A stretch of 64,000 bases of DNA, from NCBI GenBank assembly GCA_021325115.1, contig JAJPHU010000126.1, positions 3,066 to 67,065 of the forward strand, given 5' to 3'. How positions within the stretch are numbered: position 1 is the stretch's first letter; every line of letters begins with the position of its first letter. A model generated the notes under the pieces. It was not told the origin of the DNA. It did no database searches and worked only from the letters and a program-made list of their open reading frames with translations. Made by a program: the position numbers and the translations under genes. Positions 44,747 through 54,173 of the stretch are shown one piece after another. Source of the DNA: Planctomycetota bacterium. Lineage in GTDB: Bacteria; Planctomycetota; Planctomycetia; Gemmatales; Gemmataceae.

Positions 44747-44789
44747 TCCCACCTCTGGTCTTGGCCACCGTGTTTGCTACATCTAATAC

Positions 44790-44915
<126 letters not shown>

Positions 44916-45089
44916 CGATACCGCCTCGCGGAAGGGGACCAGAGCATGAGCCACGTCTTCGCTGCATCTTTGGACTCGGCCCCGTGCCGGATTCTTGGAA
45001 AAACCCCGTTTACCGTTTAGCCGCGACTCGAAGGGAAGCGCGGGGGGGTGTTCGCCTACACCTCGCGGCAAAACGAAGGAGGACTTTTT

Positions 45090-45218
45090 ATGGGAACGCT
45101 CCATCAAATGTTGCCGGAGGACGAGATCCTCCTGTGTGGTGTTGTCCTGTTGTGCGGAATGCTGGCCGGCGCCCTGGCGCGCTTGGCGGTCGCTTGGCGT
45201 GAAAGGAGAGCGGCATGA
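45090..45218 (+). CDS. unannotated 42-aa single-TM protein (first gene after the riboswitch)
   Basis: AAGGAGG (45076-82) plus a 7-nt spacer, then ATG: [42 protein letters not shown]. Its stop overlaps the next start (ATGA at 45215). Confidence 0.5.
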   Translation: MGTLHQMLPEDEILLCGVVLLCGMLAGALARLAVAWRERRAA

Positions 45219-45346
45219 ACCTGTTGTTTGCGCATCACATTGAACCTCAACACGTGCCGGTCCTGGCGGTCTTTCTGGCGGTCGGCTCCTGGCTCGGCTG
45301 GCATTTGGTCTCGAAACTGTTGGCCTGGATGAAAGCGACGCCATGA
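45215..45346 (+). CDS. unannotated 43-aa single-TM protein with His-rich N-terminus
   Basis: AGGAG lies upstream: [43 protein letters not shown]. Its stop overlaps the cobN ATG (ATGA at 45343). Confidence 0.5.
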   Translation: MNLLFAHHIEPQHVPVLAVFLAVGSWLGWHLVSKLLAWMKATP

Positions 45347-48300
45347 CCAAGAAACGGGAACGGACGCGGGTGCTGCGCGCCGACGGGCGGATGATTAACG
45401 TGGTCCGCCGCCGCGGGCATCTGATGGTCTGCGCCAAGGGCTGCTGTTGCGGCCGCACCGAGCGTGGCTATGCGCCCGTTCCCGTCGAATTCTATAAACA
45501 GGAATATAAACGGCGCAAAATCCGTAATGTCATCCACCTGTCGATGAACGGTTGCCTGGGGCCATGCCCGCTGGCCAATGTCGTCTTGCTGTTCTTCGAT
45601 GGCCGACCAATCTGGTTTCAGTCGATCGCCACCGAAGCACAGATCGTCGCTCTTTTTGATTACATCGAGTGCATGATTGCGGCCGACGCCTACATTCCGC
45701 CTCCGGCCGAATTGGCCGAGTATGTCTTCGATTTTTATGCGTGGACAGCGGCGCCTGCTCGGAACACTCAAGCACTTCCACTCGCTGCTCCCCCAGCAGA
45801 CGGTATTCTTCTGTTGACCCACGCCGATACGGATCTACTCGTGCTGCGTCACGCTGTCGCTCTCCTGCCCGATGGTTTTCCGCCCGTTCGCGCTCTGAGC
45901 CTGAACAAGCTGGCCCATGCCGAACACATGGCCGCTGCCTTGACCGAACACAGCCCTAGGACGCGAATCGTCGTGGCGCGCCTTCTGGGAGGGCCAAGCA
46001 CCGTGCCGGGATTTCGTTTGTTGGCCGATACCGTTCGCCGCGGCGGCGGGTATTTTCTCGCCATCAGCGGTACCGGCAATCCTGATCCGGAGCTAGCGGC
46101 CGTTTCCACTGTCCCCCCGGCAATCCTCCATGAAGCCACCGCTTATTTCCAGGCCGGCGGCGCCATCAATTTCGCTCATTTGCTCCGCTTTCTGTCTGAT
46201 CATCTGCTGCGAAGCGGCTTTGGTTACGAGCCGCCGCAGGAACAGCCGCGACATGGTCTGTATCATCCGAACCTGCCGCCCGGAGCCAGTCTCGCTGATT
46301 GGTTGGCCCGTCACGATCCATCCCGACCGGCAATCGGTCTGCTCTTCTATCGGTCCCACTGGATGAGCGGCAATCTCGCTTTCATCGATGCCTTGGTGCG
46401 TGACATCGAAGGCCGCGGCGGCGATGCCTTGCCGGTCTTCACATCCTCGCTCAAGGAAACCGAAGGGACATCGCGCTGGCCGGCTGCATTTGCGTTCTTT
46501 CGACACGAAGGCCGTACGCTTATTGACGTTCTCCTTACCACCATCTCCTTTGCAATGGGTGATGTTAACCCAGATGGCTTGACGCTGAGCGGCTGGTCGG
46601 TCGATGCCCTGGCTGCTCTTGATGTGCCGGTGCTACAAGCGATCTGCGCCGGCACCACACGCTGGCAATGGGAGGCGTCGCCGCGCGGTCTCAATCCGCT
46701 CGATACGGCCATGAACGTGGCCCTGCCGGAGTTCGACGGCCGCATCATCACTGTGCCCATTTCTTTTAAGGAACCCCTGAGCAGAGGAAGGGAGTCCCTC
46801 GAGCGAAATCTCAAAGGGCTTACGCCCCCCGCTCAGGAGGATTCGCACTTGCTTCACTACGCCCCTGCTGACGACCGTATCGCACGGCTGACGGAATTGG
46901 CATTGCGCTTCGCCCAGCTGCGGCGTAAGCCGTGCTCCCAGAAGCGCATCGCCTTTATTCTCACCAATTCGCCCGGCAAGGCATCACGCATCGGCAATGC
47001 TGTGGGGTTGGATGCACCGGCTTCGCTGTTGCGTATTCTCATTGCCCTGCGCGAAGCCGGCTACCAGGTAGGCGATCTGCCGCCCGACGGCGATATGCTG
47101 ATTCACACACTCATCGACCGATGTTCGTATGATGAGACGTTCTTAACGACCGAACAGCTGGCCCAGGCCATCGGCCGTGTCTCCATCGAGCGCTATCAAG
47201 CCTGGTTCGATGAATTGCCAGCGCTCCAGCAGCAGCAGATGATCGAACAATGGGGACCGCCGCCAGGCGCGGCTTACGTTCACGATGGCCACATCGCCCT
47301 GGCGGGACTGGAGCTGGGCAATGTCTTCATCGCGTTGCAGCCGCCGCGCGGTTACGGCATGGATCCCAATGCGATTTATCACCGGCCTGACTTACCGCCT
47401 CCACACAACTATTACGCTCTCTATCGCTGGCTGCGCGACGACTGGCAGGCCGATGCCATTGTTCACCTGGGCAAACACGGCACTGTGGAATGGCTGCCCG
47501 GCAAGAGCATCGGTTTGTCCGCTGGCTGCTATCCGGACTCATTTCTCGCGGATATGCCTCTCTTTTATCCGTTTATCCTTAATGATCCAGGCGAAGGCGC
47601 CCAGGCCAAGCGCCGCGGCCACGCCGTCATTATCGATCACCTGACGCCGCCCCTGACGACTGCCGACGCCTACGGTGAATTGGCCGAATTGATGCAGCTG
47701 GTAGACGAGTATTATCAGGTGGAGATGCTTGATCCGTCGAAGATGCCGCTGTTGCAACGGCAAATTTGGAACCTGATTCAACGGGCCAACCTGCAAGACG
47801 ACTTGCGACACTTGTTGCGACAAAACCACGGCGATCACGTCCACGAGTGGGACGAAGCGTTGACGGCCGACGGTACGCCCTGGACGCTCTCGCAGATGGT
47901 TGGCCGCGAGGTCGCCCATCTTGTCCAGGAACTGGACGGTTATCTATGCGAATTGGCCGGAGCACAGATCCGCGATGGATTGCACATTTTGGGACAAGTA
48001 CCGGACGGCGAGCAGATGCTCGGCCTGCTGGCGGCGCTGACACGTTTGCCCAATCTGGAAGTGCCGAGTCTCCCCGCCGCGCTCGCCAAGGCTTTTGGTC
48101 TATCATTGGACGTGCTGCAAAGTGAACGCGGCGCTCGTCTGGATGGCATCCCCGCAATCCTGGAGCGCCTGGCCGATCGCCCTTTGGTCACGAATGCGGA
48201 TGTTGTAGAGACAATTGAGGAGCTTGGTCATCATTTGCTCGCGTTGCTCCAGCAACGCGACTTCAACACCGATGCCATCAATGCCGTTATAAGGGAAACG

Positions 48301-49863
48301 ATTCCCCTCGTTTTCCTCGTTCCCAAACAGAGTGTGGGAATGTTGTCTGCGAAACACCGTTTCGCGTCTCCTCCGCCTACATCGGGCGGGGGGCGTAAAA
48401 CAGAGTTTCACGAAATTGGTTCCCAAATAGAGTTTGAGAATCAGGGGGAAGCAGAGCTTGAGAACCAGATGGGAGAGTTACGCGCGGTGCTGTCCTTCGT
48501 CTGCGCGCATCTGGTTCCCGCGCTACGACGGACCAGCGATGAAATTGATAACTTGCTTGCCGCTCTGGATGGCCACTACATCCCGGCGGGGCCGAGCGGC
48601 GCGCCAACGCGCGGCATGGCCCATGTTTTGCCGACGGGGCGCAATTTCTATGCCGTTGATCCGCGAGCTTTGCCGTCCTTAGCTGCCTGGCAAGTCGGCC
48701 AAGAGCTGGCGCGCGAAGTTCTCGAACGCTATCGCACGGAAACAGGCGCTTATCCCGAAAGCGTCGGCATCAGCGTATGGGGGACCAGTGCTATGCGTAC
48801 ACAGGGCGACGATGTGGCTGAGGTACTGGCATTACTGGGCGTACGTCCACTTTGGCATAAAGAAAACCATCGCATTGCTGGAGTCGAACCCATTCCGCTG
48901 GCAGAATTGGGCCGGCCGCGCATCGATGTGACTGTGCGCATCAGCGGCTTCTTCCGCGATGCCTTTCCGTATCTGATCCAGCTCATCGATGAAGCCGTGC
49001 GCCTCGTGGCCGCTCTGGACGAACTGCCCGAACAAAACTTCGTGCGCAAGCATTATCTTGCCGACCTGGCCACGGATCTCGCTGCTGGCTTGCCCGATGC
49101 CGAACGGCGGGCGCGTTATCGCATCTTCGGCCCTAAACCGGGCAGCTACGGCGCTGGCATTCTGCCCTTGATCGACGAGCGCAACTGGCACGGCGACGCC
49201 GATTTCGCCGAAACCTACATCAACTGGGGCGGCTACGCCTACACCGGCGAGGAGACGGGCGTGGACGCGCGGGGTGTGTTCCGTAACCGGCTGGCCGGCG
49301 TGCAGGCAGCCCTGCACAACCAGGACAACCGTGAGCATGACATCTTCGACAGTGATGACTATTTTCAGTTTCACGGCGGTATGATTGCTACTATCCGCGC
49401 CCTGACCGGCCGCCAGCCGCAGCATTATTTCGGCGATACCCACGACCCATCTCACCCCGCTGTGCGTGATCTTCGGCAAGAGGCACTGCGTGTCTTCCGT
49501 ACCCGTGTAGTCAACCCGAAATGGCTGCAAAGCATCACCCGCCACGGCTACAAAGGCGGCCTGGAGCTGGCGGCCACTGTCGATTACCTGTTTGGCTACG
49601 ACGCCACCGCGGGCGTCCTTGAGGATTGGATGTACGAACAAGTTGCCCGGAGTTATGCGCTGGATGCACAGATGCGAGAGTTTTTCGCTCGTAGTAATCC
49701 GTGGGCGCTGCATGCGATCGCCGAGCGTTTGTTGGAGGCGGCCCAGCGCGGCTTGTGGGAGTCGCCGACGCCGGACACTCTGGACGCTCTGCGTGAGACG
49801 CTTCTCGACAGCGAGGCGATGCTGGAAGCACGGAATGAAGCGGCGGGGTATAACACAACTTAA
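45343..49863 (+). CDS. cobN: cobaltochelatase large subunit CobN with extra Cys-rich N-terminal domain
   Basis: CobN/Mg-chelatase H-type body ([11 protein letters not shown]..., [67 protein letters not shown]). It is 1506 aa, and the first ~140 aa form an added domain (CAKGCCCG ... [13 protein letters not shown]). Confidence 0.95.
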   Translation: MTKKRERTRVLRADGRMINVVRRRGHLMVCAKGCCCGRTERGYAPVPVEFYKQEYKRRKIRNVIHLSMNGCLGPCPLANVVLLFFDGRPIWFQSIATEAQIVALFDYIECMIAADAYIPPPAELAEYVFDFYAWTAAPARNTQALPLAAPPADGILLLTHADTDLLVLRHAVALLPDGFPPVRALSLNKLAHAEHMAAALTEHSPRTRIVVARLLGGPSTVPGFRLLADTVRRGGGYFLAISGTGNPDPELAAVSTVPPAILHEATAYFQAGGAINFAHLLRFLSDHLLRSGFGYEPPQEQPRHGLYHPNLPPGASLADWLARHDPSRPAIGLLFYRSHWMSGNLAFIDALVRDIEGRGGDALPVFTSSLKETEGTSRWPAAFAFFRHEGRTLIDVLLTTISFAMGDVNPDGLTLSGWSVDALAALDVPVLQAICAGTTRWQWEASPRGLNPLDTAMNVALPEFDGRIITVPISFKEPLSRGRESLERNLKGLTPPAQEDSHLLHYAPADDRIARLTELALRFAQLRRKPCSQKRIAFILTNSPGKASRIGNAVGLDAPASLLRILIALREAGYQVGDLPPDGDMLIHTLIDRCSYDETFLTTEQLAQAIGRVSIERYQAWFDELPALQQQQMIEQWGPPPGAAYVHDGHIALAGLELGNVFIALQPPRGYGMDPNAIYHRPDLPPPHNYYALYRWLRDDWQADAIVHLGKHGTVEWLPGKSIGLSAGCYPDSFLADMPLFYPFILNDPGEGAQAKRRGHAVIIDHLTPPLTTADAYGELAELMQLVDEYYQVEMLDPSKMPLLQRQIWNLIQRANLQDDLRHLLRQNHGDHVHEWDEALTADGTPWTLSQMVGREVAHLVQELDGYLCELAGAQIRDGLHILGQVPDGEQMLGLLAALTRLPNLEVPSLPAALAKAFGLSLDVLQSERGARLDGIPAILERLADRPLVTNADVVETIEELGHHLLALLQQRDFNTDAINAVIRETIPLVFLVPKQSVGMLSAKHRFASPPPTSGGGRKTEFHEIGSQIEFENQGEAELENQMGELRAVLSFVCAHLVPALRRTSDEIDNLLAALDGHYIPAGPSGAPTRGMAHVLPTGRNFYAVDPRALPSLAAWQVGQELAREVLERYRTETGAYPESVGISVWGTSAMRTQGDDVAEVLALLGVRPLWHKENHRIAGVEPIPLAELGRPRIDVTVRISGFFRDAFPYLIQLIDEAVRLVAALDELPEQNFVRKHYLADLATDLAAGLPDAERRARYRIFGPKPGSYGAGILPLIDERNWHGDADFAETYINWGGYAYTGEETGVDARGVFRNRLAGVQAALHNQDNREHDIFDSDDYFQFHGGMIATIRALTGRQPQHYFGDTHDPSHPAVRDLRQEALRVFRTRVVNPKWLQSITRHGYKGGLELAATVDYLFGYDATAGVLEDWMYEQVARSYALDAQMREFFARSNPWALHAIAERLLEAAQRGLWESPTPDTLDALRETLLDSEAMLEARNEAAGYNTT
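48315..48470 (+). repeat. in-frame cluster of degenerate palindromic repeat units inside cobN
   Basis: Units are gTTCCCAAAcagagTGTGGGAAtg, gtaaaacagagtttcacgaa, gTTCCCAAAtagagTTTGAGAAtc and gaagcagagcttgagaacc. They encode PKQSVGML...[24 protein letters not shown]. Confidence 0.5.
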
Positions 49864-49940
49864 GAGCTACCGGACCAAACCTCCTCTCCCCTCGTGGGGG
49901 AGGGCTGGGATAGGAGGTGTCAAGGCAAGGGAGCCCAGGA
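49861..49940. repeat. MITE-like repeat, left-half copy (copy B)
   Basis: TAAGAGCTACCGGACCAAACCTCCTCTCCCCTCGTGGGGGAGGGCTGGGATAGGAGGTGTCAAGGCAAGGGAGCCCAGGA. It nearly matches 11151-11228, starts on the cobN stop codon, and lies in the cobN-chlID spacer. Confidence 0.55.
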
Positions 49941-50071
49941 ATTGCTTGGCTGAACCCCCGCGATGACATCCACCAGTTTGGTAGATGTACTACTCCACCG
50001 GTCTCATGTTTTTCGGTGCGGATGATGCAGAGCCTGGGACCGAGAACGAATAAATCGAGAAAGGGATCTCA

Positions 50072-51988
50072 GTGAATTATCCCTTCGCAGCCCTGGTGGG
50101 GCAGGAGCAATTGAAGACGGCCCTGCTCGTAACTGCCGTGAATCCAACGATCGGCGGCGTGCTGATCCGCGGCGAAAAAGGCACGGCCAAGAGCACGGCC
50201 GTGCGCGCCCTGGCGGCGCTGTTGCCGCCGGTGCGGCTCGTTGCCGGCTGTCCATTCCACTGCGATCCCGATGCGCCCTGGACGGAATGTCCGCATTGTG
50301 GTTTGCTCCCTGATCCTCCCATCGCCGAGATGCCTGTGCCGTTCGTTGATCTGCCGCTGGGCGCCACGGAGGATCGCGTTCTGGGCACGCTCGATTTTGA
50401 GCGTGCTCTGCGCGAGGGGCGGCGTGCGTTTCAGTCGGGGCTGCTCGCGGCGGCGCATCGCGGCATTCTTTACATCGATGAGGTCAATTTGCTGGCCGAT
50501 CATCTCGTCGATGTCTTGCTCGATGCGGCGGCGATGGGGGTTAACACCGTGCAGCGCGAGGGCGTGGCGTTCCAGCATCCGGCCCGCTTTCTCCTCATCG
50601 GCACGATGAATCCGGAAGAGGGGAACCTGCGGCCGCAATTGCTCGACCGCTTCGGTCTCGCTGTTCAGGTAGCCGGGCCGCGTGATCCCGAGCTACGTGC
50701 TGAGGTAGTTCGCCGTCGCCTGGCCTTCGAATCTGATCCGGCCGCGTTCGCTGCTTGTTGGGCCGAGGAGCAGAATGCCCTCCGCGAACGTATCCGTGCG
50801 GCGCGGGAACTGCTGCCTCGCATCGCGCTTGAGGACGGCCTATTAACACTCCTCACGCGCCTCTGTTGCGAGCTGGACGTGGACGGCTTGCGAGCCGACA
50901 TTGTGTTGCACAAGACGGCGTGTACTCTGGCCGCACTCGATGGCCGCACATGCGCTTGCCTGGATGATATTCGCACGGCTGCGGAGTTGGTCCTTCCGCA
51001 TCGCCGTCGGCGCCGACCTTTCGAGCGCCCGGAGTTGGACCGTGAGCAGTTGGACGAAGCGTTTTCGAAGTTAGAGTCACCATCGGATCAACCGTCGAGC
51101 AGGGGACATCAGTCTCCTGAATCGCATGCTCAGGAGTCTGACGCCTCCCGTTCAGTGGATAGTTTTTTTTCACCCGATCTAATCGACAATGTGAGGCGAA
51201 TCGAAGTGACAGCGGCGACGCAGTCAAACGAGCAAGGCCGGCGCAATCGCAACGCCGGCCGGGAACGCGGCCCCTACGTGCGGGCTGTGCCGGATGAAAC
51301 ACCGGTGGATCTGGCCATCGATGCCACGCTCCGCGCTGCAGCACGGCATGGTCTGCAACCCGATGGCGGTATGACAATCGAGCGCTCGGATCTGCATCGC
51401 AAGGAACGCACCGGCCGGAGGGGAACGCTGATTCTCTTCGCAGTCGATGCTTCCGGCTCGATGACGGCACGGCGGCGGATGGCGGCGGTGAAAGGGGCCG
51501 TGCTTGGCCTATTGCAAAGCGCCTACCAACAGCGCGATGAAGTCGGTGTTATCGCTTTTCGTGGACCGAGTGCCGAAGTTTTACTACCGCCGACGCGCGA
51601 CATCGATCGCGCCGAGGAGGCACTGCATCTTCTGTCGACGGGTGGGCGAACACCTCTAGCTCATGCCCTGGTGCTGGCCCGCGAGACGATTCGGCAAGTC
51701 CAGCAATCCGTCTCCGATCGTCTCGTGCTTCTCGTTTTGCTCAGCGACGGCAAGGCCAATGTTGGCCTGCCGGAGTCGCCCGGTGATCCGTGGCAGCAGA
51801 CCTTGCAAGCCGCTGCCGCTCTGGCTGCCGACGGCATCCCTGCGTTGGTCCTGGATAGCGATGCCGGTTTTGTCCGTATGGGCCGAGCACAGCAATTGGC
51901 GGAGGCGCTGAGTGCAGAATATTTGCCCTTGGAAGACTTATCGGCGGAAACGCTGATCTTGAAAGTACGGCAACGGATAAAGAGATAA
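50072..51988 (+). CDS. ChlI/ChlD-type AAA+ chelatase subunit with C-terminal vWA domain (single fused polypeptide)
   Basis: N-terminal ChlI/BchI-like region (FAALVGQEQLKTALLV..NP.IGGVLIRGEKGTAKST, Cys-rich insert GCPFHCDP..CPHCG, LYIDEVNLL, RPQLLDRFGL). An acidic/Pro linker follows, then a vWA domain with MIDAS motif (LFAVDASGSM). Confidence 0.85.
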   Translation: MNYPFAALVGQEQLKTALLVTAVNPTIGGVLIRGEKGTAKSTAVRALAALLPPVRLVAGCPFHCDPDAPWTECPHCGLLPDPPIAEMPVPFVDLPLGATEDRVLGTLDFERALREGRRAFQSGLLAAAHRGILYIDEVNLLADHLVDVLLDAAAMGVNTVQREGVAFQHPARFLLIGTMNPEEGNLRPQLLDRFGLAVQVAGPRDPELRAEVVRRRLAFESDPAAFAACWAEEQNALRERIRAARELLPRIALEDGLLTLLTRLCCELDVDGLRADIVLHKTACTLAALDGRTCACLDDIRTAAELVLPHRRRRRPFERPELDREQLDEAFSKLESPSDQPSSRGHQSPESHAQESDASRSVDSFFSPDLIDNVRRIEVTAATQSNEQGRRNRNAGRERGPYVRAVPDETPVDLAIDATLRAAARHGLQPDGGMTIERSDLHRKERTGRRGTLILFAVDASGSMTARRRMAAVKGAVLGLLQSAYQQRDEVGVIAFRGPSAEVLLPPTRDIDRAEEALHLLSTGGRTPLAHALVLARETIRQVQQSVSDRLVLLVLLSDGKANVGLPESPGDPWQQTLQAAAALAADGIPALVLDSDAGFVRMGRAQQLAEALSAEYLPLEDLSAETLILKVRQRIKR

Positions 51989-51990
51989 AC

Positions 51991-53379
51991 ATGACGGCAC
52001 GTCTTGTTATCGCAGGCACACACAGCAGCGTCGGCAAAACAACGATCGCAGCCGGCTTGATGGCCGCACTGCGACGGCGCGGTCTGATCGTACAGCCGTT
52101 TAAAATCGGTCCTGATTACATCGACGCCGGCCATCACAGTGCCGCCACGGGCCGCTCTTGCCGCAATCTCGATACCTGGATGATGCCGCCACAAGCCGTC
52201 CGCTCCCTCTTCACCCATGCCAGCCGCGACGCTGACATCGCCATCATCGAAGGTGTTATGGGGGTTTACGATGGTGTCGGCTACGAGGCGGAGATGGGCA
52301 GCACCGCTGAAGTCGCCAAGCTCTTGCAAGCCCCTGTGATCCTGATCCTCGATGTGAGCAAGCTGGCTCGCAGTGCCGCAGCCTTGGCCCTGGGCTATCA
52401 GCGCTTCGATCCAGACTTGCCTTTGGCCGGATTCATCCTCAACCGTGTCGGCAGTCGCCAGCACGGCGCGGGCGTGGCCGCGGCCATCGAGAAAGCGACG
52501 GACCTGCCGGTGCTCGGCTGGCTGCCGCGCGCAGAATCCCTGAAATTTCCGGAGCGGCATCTGGGTCTCGTACCTGTTGTGGAAACGTCCAATGAGTTCG
52601 CACTCGTGGAAGCAGCTGGCGAAGCAGTGATGCGCCAACTTGATTTGGATCGCATCCTCGCCTTGGGACGAAATACATCGTTTAACCGCGAGCCGGAAGG
52701 GAGTATGGCGGCGTTCGCTTCCGACTTACGACTAAACAGCGGCTGCGATAGTCCCATTCTGGCAGTAGCAAGGGATGAAGCGTTTCACTTCACCTACGAG
52801 GAGAATCTGGAATTACTCCAGGCTGCCGGTGCTCGCCTGGCATTTTTTAGCCCGCTTCGCGATACGGCCCTGCCGGACGGCACGGCGGGGGTGATTCTCA
52901 GTGGCGGATTCCCAGAGGTTCACGCTACGCGGCTGGCTGCCAATGTCTCGATGAAGCAAGCCCTTCGCAATGCTCACGAGCGCGGTTTGCCTATTTACGC
53001 CGAATGTGGCGGGTTCATGTATTTGACAGAAGCGATCATCGATTTCAATGGATGTGAACATTGCATGGTCGGCCTGCTGCCGGGGCGCTCGGTGATGAGC
53101 AAGCGGCTCACGCTTGGCTACCGGCTGGCGCGAGCGGTTGGGGCGTCCTGGCTATTCGCCAGCGGTGAGCTAGTGCGCGGCCACGAATTTCACTATTCGC
53201 ATTGGGAAAATCGGCCCGCAGATTTGCCGCCGGCTTACACGTTGCTGCCCAGCAGCGGTGCGGGGGGAGCCTGGGCAGACGGCGCCTGTGTGGGCAACTT
53301 GCTGGCTTCCTACATCCACCTGAATTTTTGGGCGAAACCGGAGTTGGCCGAACGTTTTGTAGCGGCCTGTCGCGGATGA
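51991..53379 (+). CDS. cobB: cobyrinate a,c-diamide synthase
   Basis: LVIAGTHSSVGKTTIAAGLMAAL..RGL.VQPFKIGPDYID, and a C-terminal glutamine amidotransferase domain (IYAECGGFMYL...GHEFHYS). Confidence 0.95.
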   Translation: MTARLVIAGTHSSVGKTTIAAGLMAALRRRGLIVQPFKIGPDYIDAGHHSAATGRSCRNLDTWMMPPQAVRSLFTHASRDADIAIIEGVMGVYDGVGYEAEMGSTAEVAKLLQAPVILILDVSKLARSAAALALGYQRFDPDLPLAGFILNRVGSRQHGAGVAAAIEKATDLPVLGWLPRAESLKFPERHLGLVPVVETSNEFALVEAAGEAVMRQLDLDRILALGRNTSFNREPEGSMAAFASDLRLNSGCDSPILAVARDEAFHFTYEENLELLQAAGARLAFFSPLRDTALPDGTAGVILSGGFPEVHATRLAANVSMKQALRNAHERGLPIYAECGGFMYLTEAIIDFNGCEHCMVGLLPGRSVMSKRLTLGYRLARAVGASWLFASGELVRGHEFHYSHWENRPADLPPAYTLLPSSGAGGAWADGACVGNLLASYIHLNFWAKPELAERFVAACRG

Positions 53380-54170
53380 GGAGCAACATGGGGAAGCCTT
53401 GGCTTGATAAGCGGCACGACTGGCTAAGGTCCAACGTGATAGGCTGTTGGGCAGCGTTGCAGTTCTTGACCATCGCCCCGCCCTTGGTACGCCGTCCCTT
53501 CACGAATGCGGAATTGGGGCGAGCTGTTGGTTATTTCCCTCTTATCGGAGTGCTTATAGGCTGTTTCTTGGTTGGGGCTCACTGGCTCTTCGGCTTGTTT
53601 CTGCCACCGAATGTGGCCGCCGCCCTGGTGCTAACGGGATGGGTTGTGTGTACCGGAGCGCTGCATCTGGATGGCTTTCTCGATAGCTGTGATGGTTTGT
53701 TCGGCGGCCGCACGCCAGAAGATCGGCTGCGCATCCTCCGCGATGAGCATGTCGGAGCATTTGCCGTGATCGGCGGCATCTTGCTCCTGCTCGTCAAATT
53801 TCAATGTTTGACCGCGATCCCTAATCCAAGTGTTACCCTCTATCTGGCCCCCGTCCTTGGCCGCTGGGGCATAACTATGGCCGTGGTTGCGTTTCCTTAT
53901 GCCCGCGCCGAAGGTTTGGGCCGTGCCATGAAAGACCATGCCGGATGGGGTCAGGCGCTGTTGGCCAGTGCCATCGCTGTTGTCGCTGTTTGGTTTGCCG
54001 CCGAATGGTTCGGATTGATTGTTCTAATTCTAAGCGGAGTGTTTATGTTCCTGATTGCACGCTTCGTCCTGACGCGGCTGCCGGGGCTGACGGGCGACAT
54101 CTACGGCACTCTATGCGAATGGCTGGAAGTGCTGGTGCTTCTGAGTTTCGTTGCGCAGGAGAGGAGGTGA
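53376..54170 (+). CDS. cobS: adenosylcobinamide-GDP ribazoletransferase (cobalamin synthase)
   Basis: ALQFLTIAP...GRAVGYFPLIGVLIG...LHLDGFLDSCDGLFGG...RLRILRDEHVGAFAV. A polytopic membrane protein. The start is either ATG 53376 (ATGA overlap with cobB) or ATG 53388. Confidence 0.9.
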   Translation: MRSNMGKPWLDKRHDWLRSNVIGCWAALQFLTIAPPLVRRPFTNAELGRAVGYFPLIGVLIGCFLVGAHWLFGLFLPPNVAAALVLTGWVVCTGALHLDGFLDSCDGLFGGRTPEDRLRILRDEHVGAFAVIGGILLLLVKFQCLTAIPNPSVTLYLAPVLGRWGITMAVVAFPYARAEGLGRAMKDHAGWGQALLASAIAVVAVWFAAEWFGLIVLILSGVFMFLIARFVLTRLPGLTGDIYGTLCEWLEVLVLLSFVAQERR

Positions 54171-54173
54171 GCC

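Noticed and set aside
53202-53375. Upstream extension of cobS (ORF track start 53202), and similar long N-terminal extensions for cobO (56517), cobI (58207) and cobL (60293).
   Set aside because: The extensions overlap the 3' ends of the preceding genes in another frame and lack family similarity. Internal ATG starts with SD sequences or ATGA overlaps coincide with the conserved N-termini.
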